Shown here: in pieces, positions 40,108-47,899 of the stretch
Position numbering within the stretch: the first letter of the stretch is position 1
Layout of the letters: the number at the start of each line of letters is the position of its first letter
NCBI GenBank assembly: GCA_938045545.1
Contig: CALIBN010000042.1
Span: 1 to 47,899, forward strand
DNA length: 47,899 nucleotides
Direction of reading: 5' to 3'
Origin: an uncultured archaeon
GTDB lineage: Archaea > Thermoproteota > EX4484-205 > JAAOZP01
Notes under the pieces: model-generated
What the model saw: the letters and a program-made list of their open reading frames with translations, nothing else
Told to the model about the DNA's origin: nothing
The model's database searches: none
Translations under genes and position numbers: made by a program

Positions 40108-41376
40108 TTAACTAGGCTTCCCTACAAGTTTTAGAAATCCTTTCAACCCTTCCGTCTTGTCTGCGGTGCTCATGTGTTGAAAAGCCCTTACTGCATAAAT
40201 CACGGCTGTGACCGATGAATGCATCAGCATTGCGTACATAGCGTATAATGATCTGTCTAACGATGAGAACAATATCATATACAGGACGTACACGTTTCTC
40301 CTTCCATCCATCCTGGCAAACAGCCTGTCGAAATCCGTGTATGCTGTTAAAGCCCTCCCCATTGTTTCCTTAAACTGCATGTAGCAATGTCTTACGAAGC
40401 TGTCTGCAAGAAGCATGCATAAGCCCAGTACGAGTGGTAAATGACTGTTCTCCGAAAAGCACAGGCTTAGGGAGAAGCATATGTACCATGCTTGCTCGTA
40501 AAGCATGTCGAAAGTATGCTCAATATACCCGAGCCTCGTCAGAATGCCTCTCGCCCTAGCTAACTTACCGTCAAGTCCATCCAATATTCCCACCAGATAG
40601 GCTGAAATCGCCGCGATCTTCACATACCCTGATAGAAACAGTATTGCCACAAGGAATGCGGTTACGTTTGCTAGAATCGTTATCCTGTTGGGCGTGATCC
40701 AAGGCAAATCAGCTACGTGGTATACGATGTAGTCCTCTACTGGCTTGTTTACGTAGGATGTGAAGTGAAGCCCCTTCTGGGTTCGGAAGACAAGTCTTCT
40801 TTTAGCAAGCTCGATTGACTGTCTACTCTCTATCTTAACGCAGACTGGAGAAACTCTGCGCTTCAACTCCACGTGTTCAACCTGCATGCTGGAGACGTCA
40901 AGCCTAATACTGCATAGGTCCTCAAGTCTTTCTTTAACACGGTTTGAAGAGAGTTCTTTTTCTAAAAGCCTTGAACACTCTTTAACTATCTTGTAAATCC
41001 CAACGGGCCTACCGTTAAGATAACAGGCAACATTACCTTCAACATTAACGATTACATCTACAAATTCTCGATCTATGACAACTCCTACACTTATAATCAG
41101 CAGGTCGTTATCAATGAACTCTTTGGGGAGACTGGATGCATGCTTCCCCATCTCGATATAAAACAGTTTCAAACCAATTTCCTCGCCGTTTTTAAGCATG
41201 CTCTTTATTTCTTCTCCATTAGAACCTAGTGTGATGAGAACCTCTCTGATCCCTGCAGCCCTAATAGAGCTGAGGATTCTTACAATAAGAGAAATCCCGC
41301 ACACCTTAACTAGGGCTAAAGGCCTCTCCTTATTATATATGAAATCCTTCTCCTCCGCCAGTATTACGGCTTTCAC
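40108..41376 (-). CDS. Degenerate NTP-transferase domain fused to CDP-alcohol phosphotransferase (IPCT/DIPPS-like)
   Basis: ITPNRIT and LDGLDGKLAR are present. The N-terminal MKAVILAEEKD lacks the AAGxGxR motif. Confidence 0.85.
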   Translation of the reverse strand: MKAVILAEEKDFIYNKERPLALVKVCGISLIVRILSSIRAAGIREVLITLGSNGEEIKSMLKNGEEIGLKLFYIEMGKHASSLPKEFIDNDLLIISVGVVIDREFVDVIVNVEGNVACYLNGRPVGIYKIVKECSRLLEKELSSNRVKERLEDLCSIRLDVSSMQVEHVELKRRVSPVCVKIESRQSIELAKRRLVFRTQKGLHFTSYVNKPVEDYIVYHVADLPWITPNRITILANVTAFLVAILFLSGYVKIAAISAYLVGILDGLDGKLARARGILTRLGYIEHTFDMLYEQAWYICFSLSLCFSENSHLPLVLGLCMLLADSFVRHCYMQFKETMGRALTAYTDFDRLFARMDGRRNVYVLYMILFSSLDRSLYAMYAMLMHSSVTAVIYAVRAFQHMSTADKTEGLKGFLKLVGKPS

Positions 41377-41427
41377 TATGCACCACCGAAGCTTTTCATC
41401 GACATGAAGGATTCAAAGAATAAAAGT

Positions 41428-43317
41428 TTAAGCATTCGAAGTGCCTTCCTGAATCTTCTCCGTAAGCCTCTCTATAATCTTCCGGTACAGATTTCCGAAA
41501 GTCTTGTATAGGAGCTTCGCTACGTCGTAGAAAATCAGTATGAAAAAGACGAATATGGCTAACGCTCCCAGCCTCGCAAGGTTTTCGCCGATGTATGGAA
41601 CCAGTCTAAGTTGAGGAGGAAGATAAATCCAGAGGATTACAGCTAGCAGGATGTAGAGTAGATCGACCAACATGTGTCTGAGAGTGAACTCTGAAACCCG
41701 GAGGAGCATGACTAAGCGTTTAGTAACTATGTCTATTAGAAATTTCAGGGACATCAATATACGATAACCGAAGTATATAGATATGATTAGAAGCAAGGCT
41801 GACATCAAATGGTCCGATTTCAAAACGAGATCATCAAGAGTCACTAGAGTAATATCCGTAACCGCAGGTGTGATCATATGCAGAAAGAGAAACGACAGAG
41901 CAAGCTTAAGCGAGCTGGAGACGAGGGTTTCAATCCTTTTTGTTATCTCTCCCTTTTCAACCGTAACCTCTGGTTTGGGAGCTCTCTTAGCTCTTCCCAG
42001 CCTGCTCTCTCCCCTCCTAGTCCTAATAACCAGAGCAATTGAACATACCAGGTAGAAAAACGGAGCTGCGGCTAAGTAGTACAGGCCGTATAATTGAAAA
42101 GAAATGACCGACGTAAAGAGAACGGTGAAAAGCAGCACATCTCTCGTCGCAGGTATTTTCCTCAAAACCCTCACATTAATATCGGTATTGTTTAAAACTT
42201 GAGCCGCATAGCTTACCAGCATTATGTTGGCTACAGCAAGAATAGTGAGCAGGAAAACATTATCCCCCAATGACAATAGGGGTAATGAAAAACCGATTAC
42301 TATGGCTAAGTCTGAAACGCGGTCCAGCAGAGCGCTGACTTGAAGCCTCCATTTTTCCCTGCCATACAGGTTTACCAGTTCACTGCCCACTTCGCTAAGC
42401 AGGATTGCAAGCCCGACTAGAAGCCCTCCCAGCAGGGATTCTTTAGACGCCAAGAGAAAGCCTGCTGCTAGAGCGACGATCAGAGAAACTAGCGTCACTA
42501 CGAGAGGCTCCCCGTCGAGGCTCCGGTAAAACTTGGTTGAAACACGTGTTGAGACAGGCTTGACGAGGTACGTTGAGACAAGCCCGCTTTCCGTCTTATT
42601 CTCCTTCCTCAGTATTTGCCAGTAGACTTCTCTCCCTCTAACCAAGTCCTCAGGCGTATCTATATCTTTCCAGAGAATTCCAGTTACATCAACGTAATCA
42701 ACCTCATTATCTGTTGAAGCGAGATTCAGCGCATCAGATATTGTCGCATTAGGGCCAAGGCTTTCTATAGTCTTCTCAACATATGTCCTCGCCTTCTCGC
42801 CGCATAGTATAACCCCCGTGTCTATCCCGTGCCTAGGCAAAGCCTTCTTATCCGTGTAGGCCACACCCTGTTCTTTCAACACTATTTTCAACCCTTCCTC
42901 AGCATCAGCCTGAGAAGGCTTCATGTCAAGGCAAACGGTGAACGCAGCTTTCCCACCCGAAGATAAAACCGCCTTAACCATTGTTTTCTCATAAATATGG
43001 TCAGACATTAGGAGCAGAAAACTTTCTGAACCCAATCGTTTCAAAGCCAGGCTGACACTGTAGAGATTCCCGAAATCTTCCATGTCTGTTTCCACAAACT
43101 CGGCTCTGCCACTCGCCTTTTTATCCAGCATGCTTCTAAACTTCGGTCTCGTAACGATCAGGACACGGCTTGGATTAATATCTCTAATCCTGCTTAATAT
43201 GAAGTCGAGTATTGTCACGCCGGGCTCAAGCTCCATGAGGCATTTAGGCGCCTCCTCAGAATAAGGTTTCAGCCTGGAGGCTACTCCTGCAGCAATGATT
43301 ACAACGGGAAGCTGCAA
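41428..43317 (-). CDS. NTP-transferase (cytidylyltransferase) fused to a degenerate CDP-alcohol phosphotransferase and extra TM domain
   Basis: IAAGVASRL..PK, MSDH and WKDIDT are intact. In the membrane domain DxxDGxxAR is replaced by SEVGSELVN. Confidence 0.8.
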   Translation of the reverse strand: MQLPVVIIAAGVASRLKPYSEEAPKCLMELEPGVTILDFILSRIRDINPSRVLIVTRPKFRSMLDKKASGRAEFVETDMEDFGNLYSVSLALKRLGSESFLLLMSDHIYEKTMVKAVLSSGGKAAFTVCLDMKPSQADAEEGLKIVLKEQGVAYTDKKALPRHGIDTGVILCGEKARTYVEKTIESLGPNATISDALNLASTDNEVDYVDVTGILWKDIDTPEDLVRGREVYWQILRKENKTESGLVSTYLVKPVSTRVSTKFYRSLDGEPLVVTLVSLIVALAAGFLLASKESLLGGLLVGLAILLSEVGSELVNLYGREKWRLQVSALLDRVSDLAIVIGFSLPLLSLGDNVFLLTILAVANIMLVSYAAQVLNNTDINVRVLRKIPATRDVLLFTVLFTSVISFQLYGLYYLAAAPFFYLVCSIALVIRTRRGESRLGRAKRAPKPEVTVEKGEITKRIETLVSSSLKLALSFLFLHMITPAVTDITLVTLDDLVLKSDHLMSALLLIISIYFGYRILMSLKFLIDIVTKRLVMLLRVSEFTLRHMLVDLLYILLAVILWIYLPPQLRLVPYIGENLARLGALAIFVFFILIFYDVAKLLYKTFGNLYRKIIERLTEKIQEGTSNA

Positions 43318-43443
43318 AGACTGATACTATATTATATCAACTTATTAAAACCTTTCGAAGCCATACTATAATGACTGTAAAAACTTGCCGCCTGTAAATA
43401 GTTAGGTTCAAGGGACGCTGCTTATTGAGTAAAAATGAGGCTT

Positions 43444-44286
43444 CTACGTGGTACGCAGTGTTCTCATTGCTTTAATAAAGCTTTCGAAGCATGAACTGTC
43501 AAACGGACCGTCGACCGCACCATCGGGCTCCATGGTCAACAATCCTCCATATCCCCAGTCGTCCCTTATCCTTTTCAAAGCCTCATAGAAACCAGTGTTT
43601 GGATGATCCAAGAACCATTCTCCCTGAAAAAGCTTTCCACGTAAATGGACATTCACTACTTTATCAATAAGCGTCTCAAAACGATACAGCTCATTGTAGA
43701 GGGCTGCCCACCGAAGGTCAAGCGTCACGTAGTCGAAAAGCTTGACTAAAGCAAAGGGCGTGTAACCCTCTGAATGCGTCGGAATATTCTCTACCGAAGC
43801 CTTCACGCTAGGGAATTCACGTGTAACTTCACAGAAAGTTTTTACTATACGGCTTAGGTCGAAACCAGTGGCCCAAGTATCCCATGGATGGAATACGCAG
43901 ACGTTCGCTCCCAGCTCGCTGGCAATAAGTAAAGCATCGTATGCGGCCTGTTTCCCTTTCTCCCAATCGCGCTCCCGGCTTGTGCAAAGATAACTACCAA
44001 TGTCTCTGCTCGCATGTACAGATAATATGGGCAACGCCTCCCTTTTCAAAACATCTAGTATTTCTCCAGCCGTATACTTAGGTGTCTTGGTCCAATCTGC
44101 AAGATCCCCGTCAGTCAAAGGAGGATTATCACTATCCCATTCCGGCTCAAGCTGCGGCTCAAAACCATCCACAACCGACTCGGATAGAATCTTCTTCATC
44201 ACGCCTATAGTGCCGATTAAATCGTAATACTTCTTATCTCCAAGCCTAGCGATCGGAGCGCTGGAAACAGAAATCAAACACTTCAC
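43444..44286 (-). CDS. Sugar phosphate isomerase/AP-endonuclease-2 TIM-barrel family protein
   Basis: Metal-ligand pattern SVHA, VFHP, VEN, TLD, NVHL, TME. Confidence 0.75.
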   Translation of the reverse strand: MKCLISVSSAPIARLGDKKYYDLIGTIGVMKKILSESVVDGFEPQLEPEWDSDNPPLTDGDLADWTKTPKYTAGEILDVLKREALPILSVHASRDIGSYLCTSRERDWEKGKQAAYDALLIASELGANVCVFHPWDTWATGFDLSRIVKTFCEVTREFPSVKASVENIPTHSEGYTPFALVKLFDYVTLDLRWAALYNELYRFETLIDKVVNVHLRGKLFQGEWFLDHPNTGFYEALKRIRDDWGYGGLLTMEPDGAVDGPFDSSCFESFIKAMRTLRTT

Positions 44287-44610
44287 GCATCACGTCTATG
44301 CAAGGAAAATACGGTAAGACGTTAAAAAGCTTACTAAACTCCTTTGATGAACTCCTATAATTCTTAAAGGCAGGGTCCCTTTCACCAGCTCCGGTGCAAT
44401 CCTGTCGAAACCATGGGCGCCTATGTTTTTTCTGAGGTTCTCAACATCAAGTTTTATCGGCCCTTGGTATATTCTAAGGCTCCATAATAAAGGCAACAAT
44501 AACCTAAAGTTCCCTAGGGCTTTACGCAATGTTTAAGATACTTTACGTGTAACTTGATAATTCGCGTTCTGAATCATAATAAGAACGTATTACATAACAT
44601 GGAGTGGAAA

Positions 44611-44721
44611 CGGGCCCGCTGGGATTTGAACCCAGATCATTACAGCTCGCTCCACAGTTTTACGTTGATAGGAGGCTGCCGCCATTTCTAGGCGATGCTG
44701 TCCAGGTTAGGCGACGGGCCC
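44611..44721 (-). tRNA. tRNA-Arg(CCT) with two introns (44686-44699 D-loop; 44648-44668 at 37/38)
   Basis: On the reverse complement: GCAGC-CTCCTA^A-GCTGT after splicing. BHBs CTGG-ACA/CTAG-AAA and CTCC-TAT/GGAG-CGA. Mature length 76 nt. Confidence 0.92.
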
Positions 44722-45088
44722 AATTACCTTTACTTTTCCAGGCCTTTTATATTTTCTGTCATTTTTATACGTGGTTTTTAAAGCTTGTTTCTAGAATTTG
44801 TCTAGTTTTAGAGTTTTTAAACTTGAACAAGTACTCCTCTCAGTTACTAGTTCTATGCTCTTTTTCCTAAATAGACTTATGAAGCATCGTAAAACGATAG
44901 CCTCTTCCAATTGCGATCACCCGCTACTTTTTAAGACGCTTCACTAGGCTATTTTACAGGATGAAGTAACAACGGTATTAGCCCAGCTTTAATAGGGCCT
45001 CCACAATTATACCTTACCATTGCTGTTGTAACTAACATTGTGTAAAAAATCTTAATAAACATGCATCAGGATAGTCTCTGAACCAAGG

Positions 45089-45188
45089 GCGGGGGTTGCC
45101 GAGCCTGGTCAAACGGGACTAGACTAGAGGCGCTGGACTTAAGATCCAGTCCCGAAGGGGTTCGTGGGTTCAAATCCCACCCCCCGCA
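45089..45188 (+). tRNA. tRNA-Leu(TAA) with 15-nt D-loop intron (45113-45127)
   Basis: GCGGGGG/CCCCCGC acceptor, CTGGA-CTTAAGA-TCCAG anticodon arm, BHB GGTC-AAA...GACT-AGA. Mature length 85 nt. Confidence 0.93.
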
Positions 45189-45194
45189 CTTCTC
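45149..45194 (+). repeat. 46-bp direct repeat shared with 2119-2164 (tRNA-Leu 3' half plus 6 nt beyond)
   Basis: GTCCCGAAGGGGTTCGTGGGTTCAAATCCCACCC[T/C]CCGCACTTCTC with one mismatch (2153 vs 45183). Confidence 0.85.
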
Positions 45195-45852
45195 AGATGA
45201 GCCATACCAGAACCTCGTCTCCCCACATATCTATATCTCCGATCTTAAGGTCGTTGACGTCCTTCCGCCAGTCATAACCCAAAACTCGTTCCGCAAACCC
45301 TCTTTCGATCACGTCGCTACTTAAATAATGCATGAAATCCTTCATGGGTGAGAAATCCTCATGAATCATCTCTATCACTATCTTATTCGCGATCTTAGAG
45401 CTCAGCTCGCAGAGGAGGTCCGTCTGAGGGATGAACTTGATCTTTCGCCCTCGTGCTACAGATTTCACCCTTGGCTCTCTGCTGAATTTTTCGACGATAG
45501 CCCTTTCTCGTTCCTTGAGCTCTTTTTCCACTTCCTCCATGGATTTTCGATATACCTCTCCGCTAGAAAGGATCTCGTCGAATAACTCGATGGAAACAGA
45601 AGTGACTTTAACATCATCCTCATCAAGCGCCACATAGAATAGGCCCTCAGCCAGTTCTCCAACGCTTTTGGGGTCACTCGTATAAGCGACGATGTAATAA
45701 CAAATGCCCTCGTCCCTTCTTCTGGCGGAGATCTCTATGCAGCATTCCTTTATATTCTCCTTCCATCTCTTACTGATATACTTCTCACAATTCTTCCTAA
45801 CATCGTCAAAATCCTCGCCCCACACCCAAAGAGTAGCGACCATAGGTGTCAT
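45193..45852 (-). CDS. Hypothetical acidic protein
   Basis: 219-aa ORF with a GGAGG Shine-Dalgarno, 5 bp downstream of the LAGLIDADG gene; its stop lies 4 bp from the tRNA 3' end. Confidence 0.75.
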   Translation of the reverse strand: MTPMVATLWVWGEDFDDVRKNCEKYISKRWKENIKECCIEISARRRDEGICYYIVAYTSDPKSVGELAEGLFYVALDEDDVKVTSVSIELFDEILSSGEVYRKSMEEVEKELKERERAIVEKFSREPRVKSVARGRKIKFIPQTDLLCELSSKIANKIVIEMIHEDFSPMKDFMHYLSSDVIERGFAERVLGYDWRKDVNDLKIGDIDMWGDEVLVWLI

Positions 45853-45857
45853 TCTAA

Positions 45858-46802
45858 CTAATCCTCCTCCTTTTTCTTTCTTCCATTTATTAGCTTTATT
45901 AATTCAAATTTCCTTTTATGCTCCTCCTTTTCAGACCCTATCTCCTCTATGAACCTTAGGTGATCTTCTTCTGGAATACTGAAATAATAGTTATATTCTT
46001 TCCTATGTCGTCCAGGAGCGGGCTTCTCATATTTTTCATGGATTTCGCTCGGATGAAATCCTAAATCTTCAAACATTTCTTTTAATTCGTTTAGCCCTTC
46101 CTTATAAGACGAATAGATTCGAATGGCATGCTCTCCTTCTTTAGTCATAGAGACGTTACCGTCCCCGGAAAAGAAACCCCTTAGATAAGCCCTCTTACCT
46201 TCGTCGTCAAGGTACTGTATAGGTGGGTGGAACTCGTAGGGCCCAGGTCCCTTAATCCCGAGATCCCATAGGTCATAGGCTACTTTCTTACTATAAATTG
46301 CTACATGGTAATGCTCCTCTTCTCCCTCCTTCGTTTTATGATGTTTAATATGCTCATGGGGAGTCATATTATAATTATCTCCGGCCAGTTCCTTAAAAAC
46401 TCCGATAAGCTCAGGACTTACACTTGTCAGAGAGACCTCGTATCCAACACTACTTCCTCCCTTTCCTTTATATTTACAAATAGTGCCGTCTGCGGCTGTT
46501 AAGCCACATAACTCTGCCTTTTCCGGACTAAGTATTTCTCTAATTCCCTTTTCTGAAACCTCTAAGTTCATCCCATGGCTTAGCCTGAAGACGGTTCTGT
46601 CCCCTTCGACTCTGGCTTCGGAAAAGATCCCTACGACCTCGCCGCTTTTAAGCAGCTCATAACCACCGCCCTCGGCTTCGCGGACCTCGTAGTTCCTAAA
46701 GGTTTTTGCAATGTGAAATATCTCATCTTCTTTTTCTCCTCGAATCTGTTCTCCCTCGAAAAATCTCCTTTCGTACTGCTTTATCCTCGAGCCGCCGCCC
46801 AT
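45858..46802 (-). CDS. Free-standing double-motif LAGLIDADG (intein DOD-type) endonuclease-like protein
   Basis: Motifs ELCGLTAADG and AYLRGFFSGDG, with a C-terminal RFIEEIG block. No HINT splicing termini. Confidence 0.85.
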   Translation of the reverse strand: MGGGSRIKQYERRFFEGEQIRGEKEDEIFHIAKTFRNYEVREAEGGGYELLKSGEVVGIFSEARVEGDRTVFRLSHGMNLEVSEKGIREILSPEKAELCGLTAADGTICKYKGKGGSSVGYEVSLTSVSPELIGVFKELAGDNYNMTPHEHIKHHKTKEGEEEHYHVAIYSKKVAYDLWDLGIKGPGPYEFHPPIQYLDDEGKRAYLRGFFSGDGNVSMTKEGEHAIRIYSSYKEGLNELKEMFEDLGFHPSEIHEKYEKPAPGRHRKEYNYYFSIPEEDHLRFIEEIGSEKEEHKRKFELIKLINGRKKKEED

Positions 46803-47899
46803 CTATTTCGTCCTCGACAAAGCTTTTTTCATATCGAGCAGGTTGTGAAGGACTAACTTACGGAAGCCCGCTTCCCTGTCGCTGAGCATCAGGTCGATTA
46901 TCTCCTGAGGCATTAATCCTTCACATACCTCGCAATCGCACTCTTCAAACCGGATTTCAGGATCTCTAAGGTCATAAGACCAGCCGTTCTTAAAATAGCA
47001 TCCATGCTTCGCCTCTAGAAACCAAGAAAGATTGCTGTAGCCACTTATCTCCTTATGCTTAAGTCTGTGGCCAACACCGTAAATCAGCAGCTCAAGATCC
47101 TTTTTTATTCTCTTAGAAATCCACTTCAGGCTCATCAGGGCGCTGGGCAAAAGGTCCTCCAAAAAATTGTCCTCTAATAATTCTCTACTGGGCATTGCGA
47201 AGGAAACGTAGCCTATTTCAACCTGCTTCCTAATAGCCCAGTCAACTTGGAGGGCGTTAGCACCCTTAACTAGGCCGATCAGAGGAATATCCAGCTTGAG
47301 AAAGTCATTCGCTAGGGAAACAAGCTTTACCGTCTGAGACCAGGATAGAAACAAAGGGTCATCTACATAGGTATAGTTATCAGGTATCGTTGTAGCGTCA
47401 GGCCTAAGGTTATTAATCAGCTCGAAATAGTCTTCCATCCTAAGCTTATCAAGCAGCTCGTCGGGCATAACTAGCGATAGGAAAATCCTGCCGTTGAATC
47501 CCAGATAGTCGTGCAAGCCTTTTGAAGAAGCCTTATTCAATACTTCCTCATTTACCAAGAGTTGCCAGAGAGGGACGAAAATCTCAGGCAATTCGATACC
47601 GTGCTTCCAAAACCATGACCTGCTGTCAACAGCATCTATCTCAGGCACAAAACTCTTAAAACCAACCTTAACCATTAACTTCCTGTTTAAAGATGAGTTC
47701 TGAGGGGGAACCCGTTTTCCGCTTTTAACTGGGCAGTAGGGTCTGAGTATGCAGAAAGACCTTGGGAAGGTTATCCCGGTGTATTGAAAACCCCTCTGGC
47801 ACTGGGCCACGAGACACATCTTAAAAGAGCAACCGCGGCAAAGCCTTAAAAAGAAATAGTAACAATCCTTGCAGCCGTCAAAGCCACACCACCCTTTCC
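46803..47899 (-). CDS. Cys-rich N-terminal domain plus divergent TGT/DpdA-like barrel protein (5'-truncated by window edge)
   Basis: The frame stays open to the edge (KGWCGFDGCKDC...CRGC before the track's Met). It contains IPDNYTYVDDP, IGLVKG, IYGVG, SW..A..G and the C-terminal Zn site CDCEVC...HNL. Confidence 0.65.
   Translation of the reverse strand, partial: KGWCGFDGCKDCYYFFLRLCRGCSFKMCLVAQCQRGFQYTGITFPRSFCILRPYCPVKSGKRVPPQNSSLNRKLMVKVGFKSFVPEIDAVDSRSWFWKHGIELPEIFVPLWQLLVNEEVLNKASSKGLHDYLGFNGRIFLSLVMPDELLDKLRMEDYFELINNLRPDATTIPDNYTYVDDPLFLSWSQTVKLVSLANDFLKLDIPLIGLVKGANALQVDWAIRKQVEIGYVSFAMPSRELLEDNFLEDLLPSALMSLKWISKRIKKDLELLIYGVGHRLKHKEISGYSNLSWFLEAKHGCYFKNGWSYDLRDPEIRFEECDCEVCEGLMPQEIIDLMLSDREAGFRKLVLHNLLDMKKALSRTK

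Noticed and set aside
44296-44529. 77-aa minus-strand ORF upstream of the TIM-barrel gene
   Set aside because: No recognisable motif or start signal; it may be a fragment but cannot be supported.
44604-44870. 88-aa plus-strand ORF
   Set aside because: It is antisense to tRNA-Arg(CCT); GPLGFEPR is a typical tRNA shadow translation.
2119-45194. 43-kb genomic island bounded by the tRNA-Leu direct repeats
   Set aside because: The interval contains alaS, leuS, hisS, endA and other tRNAs, both ends are complete tRNA genes, and no intact integrase is present.
1-47899. CRISPR array, rRNA, intact IS/transposase, and the many short ORFs nested in long genes
   Set aside because: No regularly spaced repeats, rRNA signatures or transposase motifs were seen by eye; the nested ORFs are shadow frames of well-supported genes.

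Overview
This is a 47.9 kb archaeal chromosomal segment, as shown by archaeal-type AlaRS, LeuRS and HisRS, a tRNA splicing endonuclease subunit, BRE/TATA promoters and tRNA introns with bulge-helix-bulge (BHB) motifs. Gene content fits a TACK-type anaerobe such as Brockarchaeota or Bathyarchaeia, but that placement is only inference. Core and metabolic genes are nagB, a GH3 glucosidase, proBA, alaS, leuS, a PRTase-Lpl-endA-hisS operon, a BMP-type ABC transporter, Fe-S genes and two IPCT/DIPPS-like fusions. All six tRNA genes are interrupted, with 9 introns in total, 7 at non-canonical positions. tRNA-Arg(UCU) carries three introns and encodes C33 instead of U33. An accessory region at about 7.3-11.7 kb holds decayed genes, a vapBC pair, and a doubly frameshifted secreted precursor with a hidden 18-Cys C-terminal peptide followed by a small membrane protein (archaeocin-like). 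Downstream of tRNA-Leu(UAA), a tightly coupled operon encodes a Cys-rich, TGT-like barrel protein, a free-standing double-LAGLIDADG protein and an acidic unknown. A decayed paralog of the TGT-like gene lies unannotated between alaS and leuS. No CRISPR array or rRNA was seen.
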